DNA of 40,946 nucleotides from Enterococcus phage vB_EfaS_785CS: sequence record MZ182246.1, one strand, 5' to 3'. A program made the translations under genes and the position numbers. The number at the start of each line of letters is the position of its first letter. Positions within the stretch are counted from its first letter, which is position 1. Below are positions 1 through 7,841 of the stretch, one piece after another. The notes below the pieces were generated by a model. That model was not told the origin of the DNA and did no database searches. It saw only the letters and a program-made list of their open reading frames with translations.

Positions 1-110
1 ATTAGTTCCACCAAAAAATCGAGGGGGGGTCTAAAAAAATTTAGCTCTCCCTCCCATTTTATTTTGGTAGTCCCTCCCACTTTTTAAAATCTGATAGCCC
101 CAACCTACCT
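1..110. repeat. left-end part of the candidate cos region (C-rich inverted copies of the right-end G-rich repeats)
   Basis: See the 40780-40946 entry. Confidence 0.35.
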
Positions 111-114
111 GCAA

Positions 115-498
115 TCACCCCTTGCGGTTGCGGAAGCTGGCTGAATGCTCTTCTTTATTGTGACACTCTTGACAGATGCTTTCTAGGTTATCTATATCCA
201 ACCTATGTTCCCAACCCATTGTGGTCCGTACCTCTTGCCTATGATGCACTATGGTTGCTATGCTTGCATTACATACTTCACACATTGGATTCATTGATAG
301 CTTTCTTGCTCTAACGTTTCGCCACTGTGTTGATGCATAGAAGTCCGCATACTTCTTGTTATCTGGTGAATGTCTTACTTGCTTGTTGTATGTCTTTGCT
401 TGTTGTCCTCTGTGTTGTTCACAGTATACTTCTGGTATGTCTACATACTCCCTGCAGTGTGCAACCTTACACCGTCGCTTAGGCATTAGAAGCCCCAC
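115..498 (-). CDS. HNH endonuclease, zinc-finger type (terminase-associated gp74-like)
   Basis: 127 aa ORF with paired Cys motifs (CxxC, CEVCN, CQEC) and an HH/N/H arrangement typical of HNH nucleases. It lies next to the putative cos region, across the window junction from the terS/terL genes. Confidence 0.7.
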   Translation of the reverse strand: MGLLMPKRRCKVAHCREYVDIPEVYCEQHRGQQAKTYNKQVRHSPDNKKYADFYASTQWRNVRARKLSMNPMCEVCNASIATIVHHRQEVRTTMGWEHRLDIDNLESICQECHNKEEHSASFRNRKG

Positions 499-689
499 AT
501 ATCTTTGTTAGTATTACTATTAAAGATGTCATAAGATACTTTCTTATTCGTTGTTGGTTCTGTTGTTGGTTGTTCTGTTGTGTCTGATGTGTTGGTAACC
601 ATTGCTTGCTCTAGCTCTCTGATGTATGATACTAAGTCTAGCTTAGTATGTGATAGTAGTTGCTTGTCTGTCATGCCCTCCATGGTCAT
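486..689 (-). CDS. hypothetical protein
   Basis: 67 aa ORF collinear with and upstream (minus sense) of the HNH gene, overlapping it by 13 nt. No recognisable motif. Confidence 0.4.
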   Translation of the reverse strand: MTMEGMTDKQLLSHTKLDLVSYIRELEQAMVTNTSDTTEQPTTEPTTNKKVSYDIFNSNTNKDMWGF

Positions 690-769
690 ATATGATACCC
701 TCCTGTTTATATTAGTAAGGGTACAGTATTAAACTATACCCTCCATTTTTTATTACATATGGTGGTTAC

Positions 770-961
770 TTATTTGTTGTAGCCCTCTAGTGTGGACTTC
801 ATACCTGTTAGTAGCATACGTCCAAATACATTCCATAAGATATAGACAATAGCTAAACCAGTGTTACCTGATGTCCACAATACATAGGGTAGATACACAT
901 ACATTAGTCCTGCCATTCCTACTGTAAATACTAAGATGATTAGTGCTACTACTAATTGCAT
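770..961 (-). CDS. small membrane protein (2 predicted TM helices)
   Basis: 63 aa, strongly hydrophobic. AGGAGGA lies 8 nt upstream of the ATG on the minus strand (forward tcctcct at about 971-977). Confidence 0.5.
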   Translation of the reverse strand: MQLVVALIILVFTVGMAGLMYVYLPYVLWTSGNTGLAIVYILWNVFGRMLLTGMKSTLEGYNK

Positions 962-1010
962 TCCTTTATTAATAATTGATTCCTCCTATTTGTTTTTGCT
1001 TTACTTCTAT

Positions 1011-1039
1011 ATTATAGCATACTTATTTGTAGTTTAGGG
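1011..1039 (-). promoter_or_regulatory. candidate leftward promoter with extended -10 (TGcTATAAT) and a weak -35
   Basis: The minus-strand sequence reads ...ccctaaactacaaataagtaTGCTATAAT... upstream of the RBS of the 770-961 ORF. Confidence 0.3.
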
Positions 1040-1116
1040 AATAGATTAACCATTAATTTTAATCTACTATTTTTATTAAATAACAAACCATTGTTGTACT
1101 TTTACTCTTGTTTAAC

Positions 1117-1520
1117 TTGAAGTGTAACGCTTTGTAACACTTAGTATTTTCAACTAAAACATAGTGATACCAATTGATACAGATTGTAGAAACCAATAAG
1201 TGTAACACTTATGTAACGCTTATACATAACCATGTTGGTCTAAGTGTTACACCTATAAACGTTGATAAACCAATGTTTATACTATGTTATCTTATAAGTG
1301 TAACACTTGTAACGCTTTAAAACAACTCTATAGAGATATAATTAATAAAAATAATATAATATATAGGTGTGGGGTATAGAACTTGAAAAAAAGCGTTACA
1401 AGCGTTACAAGTGTTACACTTGGTTTGAAACGTTGATATATCAATGTTTATATAGGTTTTTTTCGTAACACTTAAGCGTTACAAAGCGTTACAATAAGTG
1501 TTACAAAGCGTTACATTAAA
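1117..1520. repeat. iteron array of about 16 copies of GTAAC(G/A)CTT / AAG(C/T)GTTAC, plus two near-identical palindromes (AACGTTGATA..TATCAATGTT) and an AT-rich stretch; candidate origin or regulatory switch
   Basis: Direct reading of the sequence. Copies sit at 1124-1143, 1202-1222, 1242-1250, 1300-1318, 1391-1417, 1465-1514. Palindromes sit at about 1257-1281 and 1426-1455. An AT-rich block sits at 1320-1380. The region lies between divergent promoters. Confidence 0.8.
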
Positions 1521-1548
1521 CAAATTTCAATAAATTTAAACAAAACTA

Positions 1549-1580
1549 TTGACAAATTACCCAACATGGTTTAATATAAT
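1549..1580 (+). promoter_or_regulatory. early rightward promoter (TTGACA-N17-TAATAT)
   Basis: ttgaca at 1549-1554, a 17-nt spacer, taatat/tataat at 1572-1580. It sits directly upstream of the first rightward gene. Confidence 0.5.
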
Positions 1581-1623
1581 AAATGTACCACACAACAAAC
1601 AAAACATTTAGGAGGAAACAAAC

Positions 1624-1827
1624 ATGATTAAATTATTAAACGAAAGAGAAGCAGCATTAATTTACGAACAAAAGGAAGCTTGCGAACGACTATCAGCAGA
1701 ACTATGTAATGCACAAGTAGACCAATCAATTGTGGCAAACATTACACAACGTATTCAACGTATCAGTGGACGTATTACAGAAGTACAAAGCATGAAACGC
1801 TATTATAAAAATAGAGAGGTAAAGTAA
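1624..1827 (+). CDS. hypothetical protein
   Basis: ORF with an aggagga RBS 8 nt upstream. Confidence 0.6.
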   Translation: MIKLLNEREAALIYEQKEACERLSAELCNAQVDQSIVANITQRIQRISGRITEVQSMKRYYKNREVK

Positions 1828-1829
1828 TA

Positions 1830-2042
1830 ATGCAATACACATGGACGGAAAAAGGAACATGCTTCAAAAACAATGACTATCAGTTTACTATGTACAAACT
1901 AGTGGACTATGACGCGGTAGTGGTTAGGTGTACGTATGGTTCATATGTAACTAGACTTATATTCTCACCAGATGAAGAAAGATTTATTTACGAATCACTT
2001 GACGAAATGAAAGAACTACTATATAATAAGTCATATATTTAA
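1830..2042 (+). CDS. hypothetical protein
   Basis: ORF tightly packed after the previous gene (taataATG). Confidence 0.55.
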   Translation: MQYTWTEKGTCFKNNDYQFTMYKLVDYDAVVVRCTYGSYVTRLIFSPDEERFIYESLDEMKELLYNKSYI

Positions 2043-2054
2043 GGAGGAAACAAC

Positions 2055-2276
2055 ATGAAATTAAGAGAAATGATTAACATTATCAACAATGACCTAACAA
2101 TCACACTGGTTTTTCAAGACAGAACACCATTACGTTTTGAATATGAAGCACGTGGACGATACATTGAATATGGACCAGCATATAAAACATTAGTCAAATA
2201 TCTTGACAATGAAGTCATTGGGATGTATATTATAGACAACAAACATATTAAACTACTAATTAAGGAGGAAGCATAA
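2055..2276 (+). CDS. hypothetical protein
   Basis: aaggaggaaacaacATG RBS. Confidence 0.6.
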   Translation: MKLREMINIINNDLTITLVFQDRTPLRFEYEARGRYIEYGPAYKTLVKYLDNEVIGMYIIDNKHIKLLIKEEA

Positions 2277-2669
2277 ATGAAATACACAATGAAATGCACA
2301 AAAGCAGACCCACAAGAACCATTTTTCACAGAAGGTAAAGAATATGACATTATTAAAAATGCGGGTGGCTATGCTATTATTGACAATGATGGTGAAGTAC
2401 CAGAATATGCACCAAACCTATTTAACTTAGAAAAAACCCTAAATGAATTTTGGGATTCAAAATTTAAGCTGGTTAATATTGATGAACAAACTACGATTAG
2501 AGGTGTATTCAAACGAACACTTGTTCAATACAATAAGGATATTGCATATCTTGAAAATTCTATAAGACGAAACAAAAGTAATATATCAGAAGCACAACTG
2601 GCAGTAATAAAAGTACAACGTGAAGCAATCCAAGAATTATACAATGAAGTATTTAAGGAGGAAGAATAA
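2277..2669 (+). CDS. hypothetical protein
   Basis: 130 aa ORF with an aaggagga RBS. Confidence 0.6.
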   Translation: MKYTMKCTKADPQEPFFTEGKEYDIIKNAGGYAIIDNDGEVPEYAPNLFNLEKTLNEFWDSKFKLVNIDEQTTIRGVFKRTLVQYNKDIAYLENSIRRNKSNISEAQLAVIKVQREAIQELYNEVFKEEE

Positions 2670-2881
2670 TGATTAAATTAGGATTATTATTACAACATAT
2701 TGAATTTGGGCGCACTGTTGTATTAGTAGAACACATGACAGAAAAAGATATTGTAACATTCACATTGACAGAAGAACTAGAATATACCAAAGAATATGAA
2801 AAAGTTGAACCACACCTAGGACGTGAGATAATGAATATTTCAACAACACCAGTTGGTGGACTATATATTGAAATTCTTTAA
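2669..2881 (+). CDS. hypothetical protein
   Basis: aaggaggaagaataATG, overlapping the stop of the previous gene. Confidence 0.55.
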   Translation: MIKLGLLLQHIEFGRTVVLVEHMTEKDIVTFTLTEELEYTKEYEKVEPHLGREIMNISTTPVGGLYIEIL

Positions 2882-2900
2882 AACTTTTTGAACAAAAGTG

Positions 2901-2929
2901 TTGACACCTACTATACCATGTGATATAGT
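2901..2929 (+). promoter_or_regulatory. sigma70-like promoter (TTGACA-N17-TATAGT) embedded in a palindrome
   Basis: ttgaca at 2901-2906, tatagt at 2924-2929. The spacer and -10 form the inverted repeat cacctactata / tatagtaggtg. Confidence 0.5.
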
Positions 2930-2958
2930 AGGTGTATAAGATAAAGGAGGAAAACAAA

Positions 2959-3036
2959 ATGGCACTATTTGGTTTAGTATTTGTAACAATTGGAATCTGG
3001 GGAACTTACAACATTATCAAGTATATTGAGGATTAG
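2959..3036 (+). CDS. small hydrophobic peptide (25 aa)
   Basis: aaaggaggaaaacaaaATG RBS. The peptide is MALFGLVFVTIGIWGTYNIIKYIED. It is below the ORF-track length cutoff. Confidence 0.3.
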   Translation: MALFGLVFVTIGIWGTYNIIKYIED

Positions 3037-3050
3037 GAGGTACAATAAAG

Positions 3051-3245
3051 ATGAGTAAGCTAAAAACATTTAAAGTAACATATGGAAATATAGAAAACAA
3101 GGTACAGCGTGCATATCTTAAAGCATATCACTATAATGAAGCGTTACGCAGAGCTAAGCGTATAAATGGTTTATATTGTATTATAAAATTGGAGGAAGTA
3201 GATAATGCCAGTAAAAACGAACTATTATATTTGTTTAACAAATAA
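3051..3245 (+). CDS. hypothetical protein
   Basis: ggaggtacaataaagATG RBS. Confidence 0.55.
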   Translation: MSKLKTFKVTYGNIENKVQRAYLKAYHYNEALRRAKRINGLYCIIKLEEVDNASKNELLYLFNK

Positions 3246-3429
3246 TGAACTATTCAGCTTATACACAGAAGAACCAATACTTGTAATGTATGAACAAGCG
3301 GTTGAAAATGATGAAAAATTATTGAAATTGGAAAAAGCAGAAGCAATTGAAATTGATGGTGAAATGCAATACACATTTATCACCATTCCATTAGATTCAA
3401 TATTATATGTATTGGAGGACGCAAAATGA
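3205..3429 (+). CDS. hypothetical protein
   Basis: ggagga at 3191-3196, 8 nt before the ATG at 3205. It overlaps the 3' end of the previous ORF in another frame. Confidence 0.5.
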   Translation: MPVKTNYYICLTNNELFSLYTEEPILVMYEQAVENDEKLLKLEKAEAIEIDGEMQYTFITIPLDSILYVLEDAK

Positions 3430-3584
3430 TTAAATTATTAAAAGCAATCGCATTCGCACTATTGGTAACATTAGGAATCGCACTACCACTAGCGTTTGTA
3501 TTTATTATCTATATGTCATATGTAACTGCTGGCTGGGCTGGTATTTGGTTAATGTTAATTGTTCTATATATTATGATTAAATAG
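3426..3584 (+). CDS. small membrane protein (52 aa)
   Basis: ggaggacgcaaaATG RBS, hydrophobic throughout. It is not in the ORF track because it is shorter than 60 aa. Confidence 0.4.
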   Translation: MIKLLKAIAFALLVTLGIALPLAFVFIIYMSYVTAGWAGIWLMLIVLYIMIK

Positions 3585-3595
3585 GAGGAATAGTA

Positions 3596-3817
3596 ATGAA
3601 GAAAGATGTAGGTACGTTTTGGAAATTTGAAAATGATTCATGGTACTTCTTTATTATTGGTAGTTTTGAAGATGAAGTTAGTGTATGTGCAATTGACACT
3701 TCAAACAATCAAATTAGTTTTATGATGATGAACCACGAACAAACAATTGACTTTATACCAAGTGATAATTTTGAAATGAATAACTACCTGATTGAGGTGA
3801 TGGGAAAATATGAGTGA
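3596..3817 (+). CDS. hypothetical protein
   Basis: taggaggaatagtaATG RBS. Confidence 0.55.
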   Translation: MKKDVGTFWKFENDSWYFFIIGSFEDEVSVCAIDTSNNQISFMMMNHEQTIDFIPSDNFEMNNYLIEVMGKYE

Positions 3818-4028
3818 TTCAGTGAAGGTTATTGGCTCAATTTGGGCTTCAACTGATGGTCTAAATATTTACAGAATTGACCAGATAGACACACGTGGTT
3901 ATTTTATCACATTGTTAGATAATGAAATAAACATGGTTTCTAAAGCATGGATACACAAGCAAGCTACAATGTGTGACACAAAAGCAACCAAAGCACAGAA
4001 ACAACAATTTAAGGAGGAAGCAAAATGA
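3810..4028 (+). CDS. hypothetical protein
   Basis: Translationally coupled ORF. Confidence 0.5.
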   Translation: MSDSVKVIGSIWASTDGLNIYRIDQIDTRGYFITLLDNEINMVSKAWIHKQATMCDTKATKAQKQQFKEEAK

Positions 4029-4222
4029 GTAAATTAGATGCATTATTAGTGGCACTTGTATTGGTAGGGACAGCAAGTGGAATAGTGATTTCAGCAATGA
4101 TTGTAATTTCAGTTCTAATGGTATTGAAGCCAATTACATGGGTTGTACTTGGATTAGGTGCATTACTAACTATCATGATTGGTATTGGTATATACCTATT
4201 TGAGAAACATTATCTAAATTAA
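4025..4222 (+). CDS. small membrane protein (2 TM)
   Basis: aaggaggaagcaaaATG RBS, hydrophobic 65 aa. Confidence 0.55.
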   Translation: MSKLDALLVALVLVGTASGIVISAMIVISVLMVLKPITWVVLGLGALLTIMIGIGIYLFEKHYLN

Positions 4223-4238
4223 ATATGTTATGATAAGG

Positions 4239-4287
4239 GAGAAAGTTAAATAAAACAGTTGACTTTCTCTTTTTTACATGGTATATT
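4239..4287 (+). promoter_or_regulatory. terminator hairpin (gagaaagt..actttctc + T7) overlapping a promoter (TTGACT-N17-TGgTATATT)
   Basis: Stem at 4239-4246 and 4262-4269 followed by a T-run at 4270-4276. ttgact at 4259-4264, tatatt at 4282-4287. Confidence 0.5.
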
Positions 4288-4316
4288 AATGTCATAAGAT
4301 ATTAGGAGGAATAATA

Positions 4317-4871
4317 ATGGTAAATGAATTACAAAAAGTTGAATATGACCAACCAGTTGAATTAAGCTTTATCAGCACGCTTGAAAAGACTTTGACACCA
4401 AGTAAGCAATATATCAAAGCATTGAAGGACTACGAAAAGGACCACAAAGAGTGGGAAGTGGACTTCAAAAATGGAGATGTGGCTAAGAATGCAGAACCAC
4501 AACGACCAGAACCAACATATGATGGCTTAAACGCAGAAGCCTTAGCTGTTCACATGGCTAAGGTGTTGCCAGTACACGCAAGTTCTACAATTGGTTTACC
4601 AGTGGTTTATAATCATGACACACAAATTTATGAGGTGTCAGAGGATAATTTAGAAGCCCGTTTATGGCAAAAGCTTTATAATGAGTTTATGATGGTATAC
4701 ACACCACATTATGCAGAAAATGCAAAGGTTGCTAACCAATTTAGAAATGCAGTCCAAAGAATGGCAAAAAATGCGCTTGCTTCTGGTGCTAACTTACCAT
4801 TAATGACAAAATGGACCCAAATAAGATTGCATTTAAAAATGGGACATATCGCTTTAAAGAGGACACATTAA
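4317..4871 (+). CDS. N-terminal portion of a P4/D5-type primase-helicase protein (reading frame a)
   Basis: Strong RBS (attaggaggaataataATG). It ends in a frame that overlaps the next ORF by 60 nt. Confidence 0.5.
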   Translation: MVNELQKVEYDQPVELSFISTLEKTLTPSKQYIKALKDYEKDHKEWEVDFKNGDVAKNAEPQRPEPTYDGLNAEALAVHMAKVLPVHASSTIGLPVVYNHDTQIYEVSEDNLEARLWQKLYNEFMMVYTPHYAENAKVANQFRNAVQRMAKNALASGANLPLMTKWTQIRLHLKMGHIALKRTH

Positions 4872-5902
4872 AACCAACGGTAAAAGAGGACTACCAAACA
4901 ACAAGAATTGAATATGATTATATTGATAATCCTAAACACAATATCGTTGCTGAATGGATTGAGTACATTTTAGAAGAGGACGCAAAAACACTATTTCAAT
5001 TGATTGGACGTATTTTCTACCGCAACCAAGACCCACAAGCAATGGTATTTGCAACTGGTGAAGGTAGTAACGGTAAATCGCATGTAATGAGCTTCATTGA
5101 GGACCTAGTAGGTAAATCAAATACAAGTCATGCAACACTAGCCAGCTTATCAGGTAATAATGACAAATTCGCAAGCTCTCAATTATTTGGTAAAATGGTA
5201 AATATTGAAACTGATATGCCAGCGCAACACATTAAGCAAACAGGTACACTGAAAACATTGTCAGGTAATGACGTAATGAGTGCAGAGTATAAAGGTATTA
5301 ACAAGTTCACATTTACGAACTACGCACTAATGATTTTCACAACTAATAACATGCCTACTTTTTCAGATACTTCACATGGTTTCTTGCGCCGTATTATCAC
5401 GCTTCCATTTAACAAGACCATGGGAAGAGATAACCCAACAGATTCAATGTGGCTAGAACGTTCAAAGAATTTCACATATGAAGAAAAGTCAGAGTTTATC
5501 AGCTACTGTCTGCAACAATATAGAAATGTATTGTTTGGGCTAAATGGAGAAACAAAAGGGCAGTTCTGGACCAGTGATAATGCAAATAAATTACGTGACG
5601 CATTTATCCAAGGAAATGACACAATGGCTAACTTTATTGAATTGAATGAACTTGAATTTACAAACAATATTGATGATGTAATTCCAAATACAGAATTATT
5701 AGAAGCATATAACACTATGTTACGTGAAGAGAATCTAATGGAAGTATCAGCCAAGAAGTTCATTCCAGAATTGAAACGTAAAGCACAATCAGAAAACATT
5801 ATTCTTAGTGTAATTACTAAGCGTGTTGATGGAAGAGTACAACGTTGTACAACTAACGTGAGATGGAAAACCAATACCTCTGAAACAGATAATATTTTTT
5901 AA
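4811..5902 (+). CDS. phage/plasmid primase P4-family C-terminal (D5-like) P-loop NTPase domain protein (reading frame b)
   Basis: IAFKNGTY...FATGEGSNGKSHVMSFIE (Walker A GxGxNGKS), DTD/TGTLKTLSGNDVMSAEYKG and FLRRIITLPF blocks are typical of primase_Cterm/D5 N-terminal plus P-loop proteins. There is no RBS before the ATG at 4811. Confidence 0.7.
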   Translation: MDPNKIAFKNGTYRFKEDTLKPTVKEDYQTTRIEYDYIDNPKHNIVAEWIEYILEEDAKTLFQLIGRIFYRNQDPQAMVFATGEGSNGKSHVMSFIEDLVGKSNTSHATLASLSGNNDKFASSQLFGKMVNIETDMPAQHIKQTGTLKTLSGNDVMSAEYKGINKFTFTNYALMIFTTNNMPTFSDTSHGFLRRIITLPFNKTMGRDNPTDSMWLERSKNFTYEEKSEFISYCLQQYRNVLFGLNGETKGQFWTSDNANKLRDAFIQGNDTMANFIELNELEFTNNIDDVIPNTELLEAYNTMLREENLMEVSAKKFIPELKRKAQSENIILSVITKRVDGRVQRCTTNVRWKTNTSETDNIF

Positions 5903-5911
5903 AATAATTTA

Positions 5912-5960
5912 AAGAAAGTTGACTAAAACAGTTGACTTTCTTTTTTTCGCATGGTATACT
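5912..5960 (+). promoter_or_regulatory. terminator hairpin (aagaaagt..actttctt + T-run) overlapping a promoter (TTGACT-N17-TATACT)
   Basis: Stem at 5912-5919 and 5935-5942, T-run at 5943-5947. ttgact at 5932-5937, tatact at 5955-5960. Confidence 0.5.
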
Positions 5961-5991
5961 TAGTTCATAAGTTAAGAGGAGGAATTAAACA

Positions 5992-6180
5992 ATGACAACT
6001 AAAGAAAAATACGAAAACAAATTACAAAAATTAAACGAAAGATATGACGAGTTAAAAGCGCAAATGATTGAAGCATACGACAACGGAAACAAAGAACTAG
6101 GACATGAACTAAACGATAGACTAGAAAACATGTTAGATGTGATTTTACTAACTGAAACAGTATTAGAAAACTTAAAATAA
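5992..6180 (+). CDS. hypothetical protein (coiled-coil)
   Basis: agaggaggaattaaacaATG RBS. Confidence 0.55.
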   Translation: MTTKEKYENKLQKLNERYDELKAQMIEAYDNGNKELGHELNDRLENMLDVILLTETVLENLK

Positions 6181-6194
6181 AATCAGAAAAGGGG

Positions 6195-6223
6195 TTGACA
6201 AGTTCAGCCCCAACTGATATACT
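6195..6223 (+). promoter_or_regulatory. promoter TTGACA-N17-TATACT
   Basis: ttgaca at 6195-6200 and tatact at 6218-6223, inside a gggg..cccc hairpin. Confidence 0.45.
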
Positions 6224-6252
6224 TAATTCATAAATTAAAAGGAGGATATGAG

Positions 6253-6714
6253 ATGGACTTTCAAATTGGAACAGTAAAGAAAACACAAGGACAAGTAAAG
6301 AAACACATTACGCAATGTACTCCACAAGAGAAAGAACAACTAAACAAAGCAAAAGACAGAGTGAAAGACTTGTGGTTAAAGCGTGGTATAAAAACAGGGT
6401 ATCACTTACAAGATAAAATAAGAAACGGTGAAACTAAATTTTCATATCTGCGAGCAATGGAAGCAATGATACATGGTGAAATTATTGAATATAACGAAAC
6501 AGGTGCAGATAAACGTGTTTTGATTCGTTCAGGAATTGGGTATGTAGGTGAATCTATTGATGATATAGTAGTACAATGTATAGTGGTTTCTCTATTTAGC
6601 GGTAAAGTAATTACAAGCTACTTAAACAAAGCAAGTGATAGACATAAGACACTTGACCCAAGGCGATATAATAAAAATTTAAAAATTAATTTACCAAAAC
6701 ACTTGACAAAATAA
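6253..6714 (+). CDS. hypothetical protein
   Basis: 153 aa ORF with an aaaaggaggatatgagATG RBS. Confidence 0.55.
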   Translation: MDFQIGTVKKTQGQVKKHITQCTPQEKEQLNKAKDRVKDLWLKRGIKTGYHLQDKIRNGETKFSYLRAMEAMIHGEIIEYNETGADKRVLIRSGIGYVGESIDDIVVQCIVVSLFSGKVITSYLNKASDRHKTLDPRRYNKNLKINLPKHLTK

Positions 6715-6762
6715 AAACAATCATTTATACTAAGTATATAATCAATTAGGAGGAATAAATAA

Positions 6763-7035
6763 ATGAAACATAAAGGATTAATCATTGGATTGGCAGTAGG
6801 ATTGAGTTTTTCAGGAAGTACAGCAATGTTGGCAAACAACTTAAACAAGCAGAAATTGAATGAAGCTAAACAGGAATTACACTTATACAAAGAATTGAAT
6901 GAACGTCAACAAGATATTATTTTAGAGTATAAAGTAGTATCAGGAATTGAAGTATCAAGTATCACAAAAACATTAGACAATAAAGAGTTAATCAAAGAAT
7001 TAGAAAAACGAATTAACAAATTGGAGGATAAATAA
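6763..7035 (+). CDS. membrane-anchored coiled-coil protein
   Basis: N-terminal hydrophobic segment followed by a K/E-rich coiled coil. aggaggaataaataaATG RBS. Confidence 0.55.
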   Translation: MKHKGLIIGLAVGLSFSGSTAMLANNLNKQKLNEAKQELHLYKELNERQQDIILEYKVVSGIEVSSITKTLDNKELIKELEKRINKLEDK

Positions 7036-7036
7036 A

Positions 7037-7198
7037 ATGAATGAAAATATGGAAGTTTTAACGGCAATTTTAGTGGCAAATTTAGTAGGTATTTTAACAA
7101 TTGTATTCACAACGTCAACTGACGCTGGTTTAGTATCTTGGTTAGTATCATTCGCATTAACATTCTTAGCAATTCAAACATTTACGGAGGTTGAATAA
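7037..7198 (+). CDS. small membrane protein (53 aa)
   Basis: ggagga at 7024-7029, 7 nt before the ATG. Two hydrophobic helices. It is not in the ORF track. Confidence 0.4.
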   Translation: MNENMEVLTAILVANLVGILTIVFTTSTDAGLVSWLVSFALTFLAIQTFTEVE

Positions 7199-7199
7199 C

Positions 7200-7409
7200 A
7201 TGAATTTATTACAAGCGTATGAAGTGGTTGACAGTCATTTTTTAGTAGTGAAAGAATCAAACGGTATGACTGCATTAGTAATTGATACAACAAGTGATAA
7301 GTCAGTGGCACGATTATTTAATAAATATAATGAGTTGACAAAGGTATTAAATATCAGTTACAATGAATCATGGGGCGGAATTGAATTAGTAATTGGAGAG
7401 GAAGAATAA
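7200..7409 (+). CDS. hypothetical protein
   Basis: ggagg at 7186-7190, 9 nt before the ATG at 7200. The track's start at 7191 is an upstream TTG. Confidence 0.5.
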   Translation: MNLLQAYEVVDSHFLVVKESNGMTALVIDTTSDKSVARLFNKYNELTKVLNISYNESWGGIELVIGEEE

Positions 7410-7412
7410 AAA

Positions 7413-7637
7413 ATGACAAACTTAGAACTTATTGAGAAACTAGACAAAGACACGTACAACATGACACAGGACTTTTTGAAAAAAGGTGTAACACAACATG
7501 AAATTGATTTATATGTTACAAAAGGTGTTACAATGTATTTAATGCTATTGAAAGAATATGGAGAAAACATTGACAAACACATTGAAAAAGGTAAAAATAC
7601 AATGGAACGACTAGAAGTTACAGGAGGTACTTTATAA
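7413..7637 (+). CDS. hypothetical protein
   Basis: ggagaggaagaataaaaaATG. Confidence 0.5.
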   Translation: MTNLELIEKLDKDTYNMTQDFLKKGVTQHEIDLYVTKGVTMYLMLLKEYGENIDKHIEKGKNTMERLEVTGGTL

Positions 7638-7828
7638 TGAAAACAGAACGTAATATTGCAATTGACAATATTTTGAATGAACTGGAAAATGATTTCAGAA
7701 GTAAAGGTGTTTCACAAGATGACATAGAAAAGTATGCAACATACACAGTATTAGCAATGTTAGGTGTATTTTCTCAAAATAATATTGATGTAGAAAAAGC
7801 CATTGAAGTATTGACAAATATGTTATAA
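7637..7828 (+). CDS. hypothetical protein
   Basis: Coupled ORF (ggaggtactttataATG). Confidence 0.5.
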   Translation: MKTERNIAIDNILNELENDFRSKGVSQDDIEKYATYTVLAMLGVFSQNNIDVEKAIEVLTNML

Positions 7829-7841
7829 GGTAATAAAAAAG

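Noticed and set aside
1117-1520. Considered whether the GTAAC-core repeat array could be a CRISPR array.
   Set aside because: The repeats are only 9 nt long and occur in both orientations, often directly abutting each other. The spacing is irregular, there are no unique spacers of constant length, and no cas genes are present. The architecture is that of an iteron or operator array.
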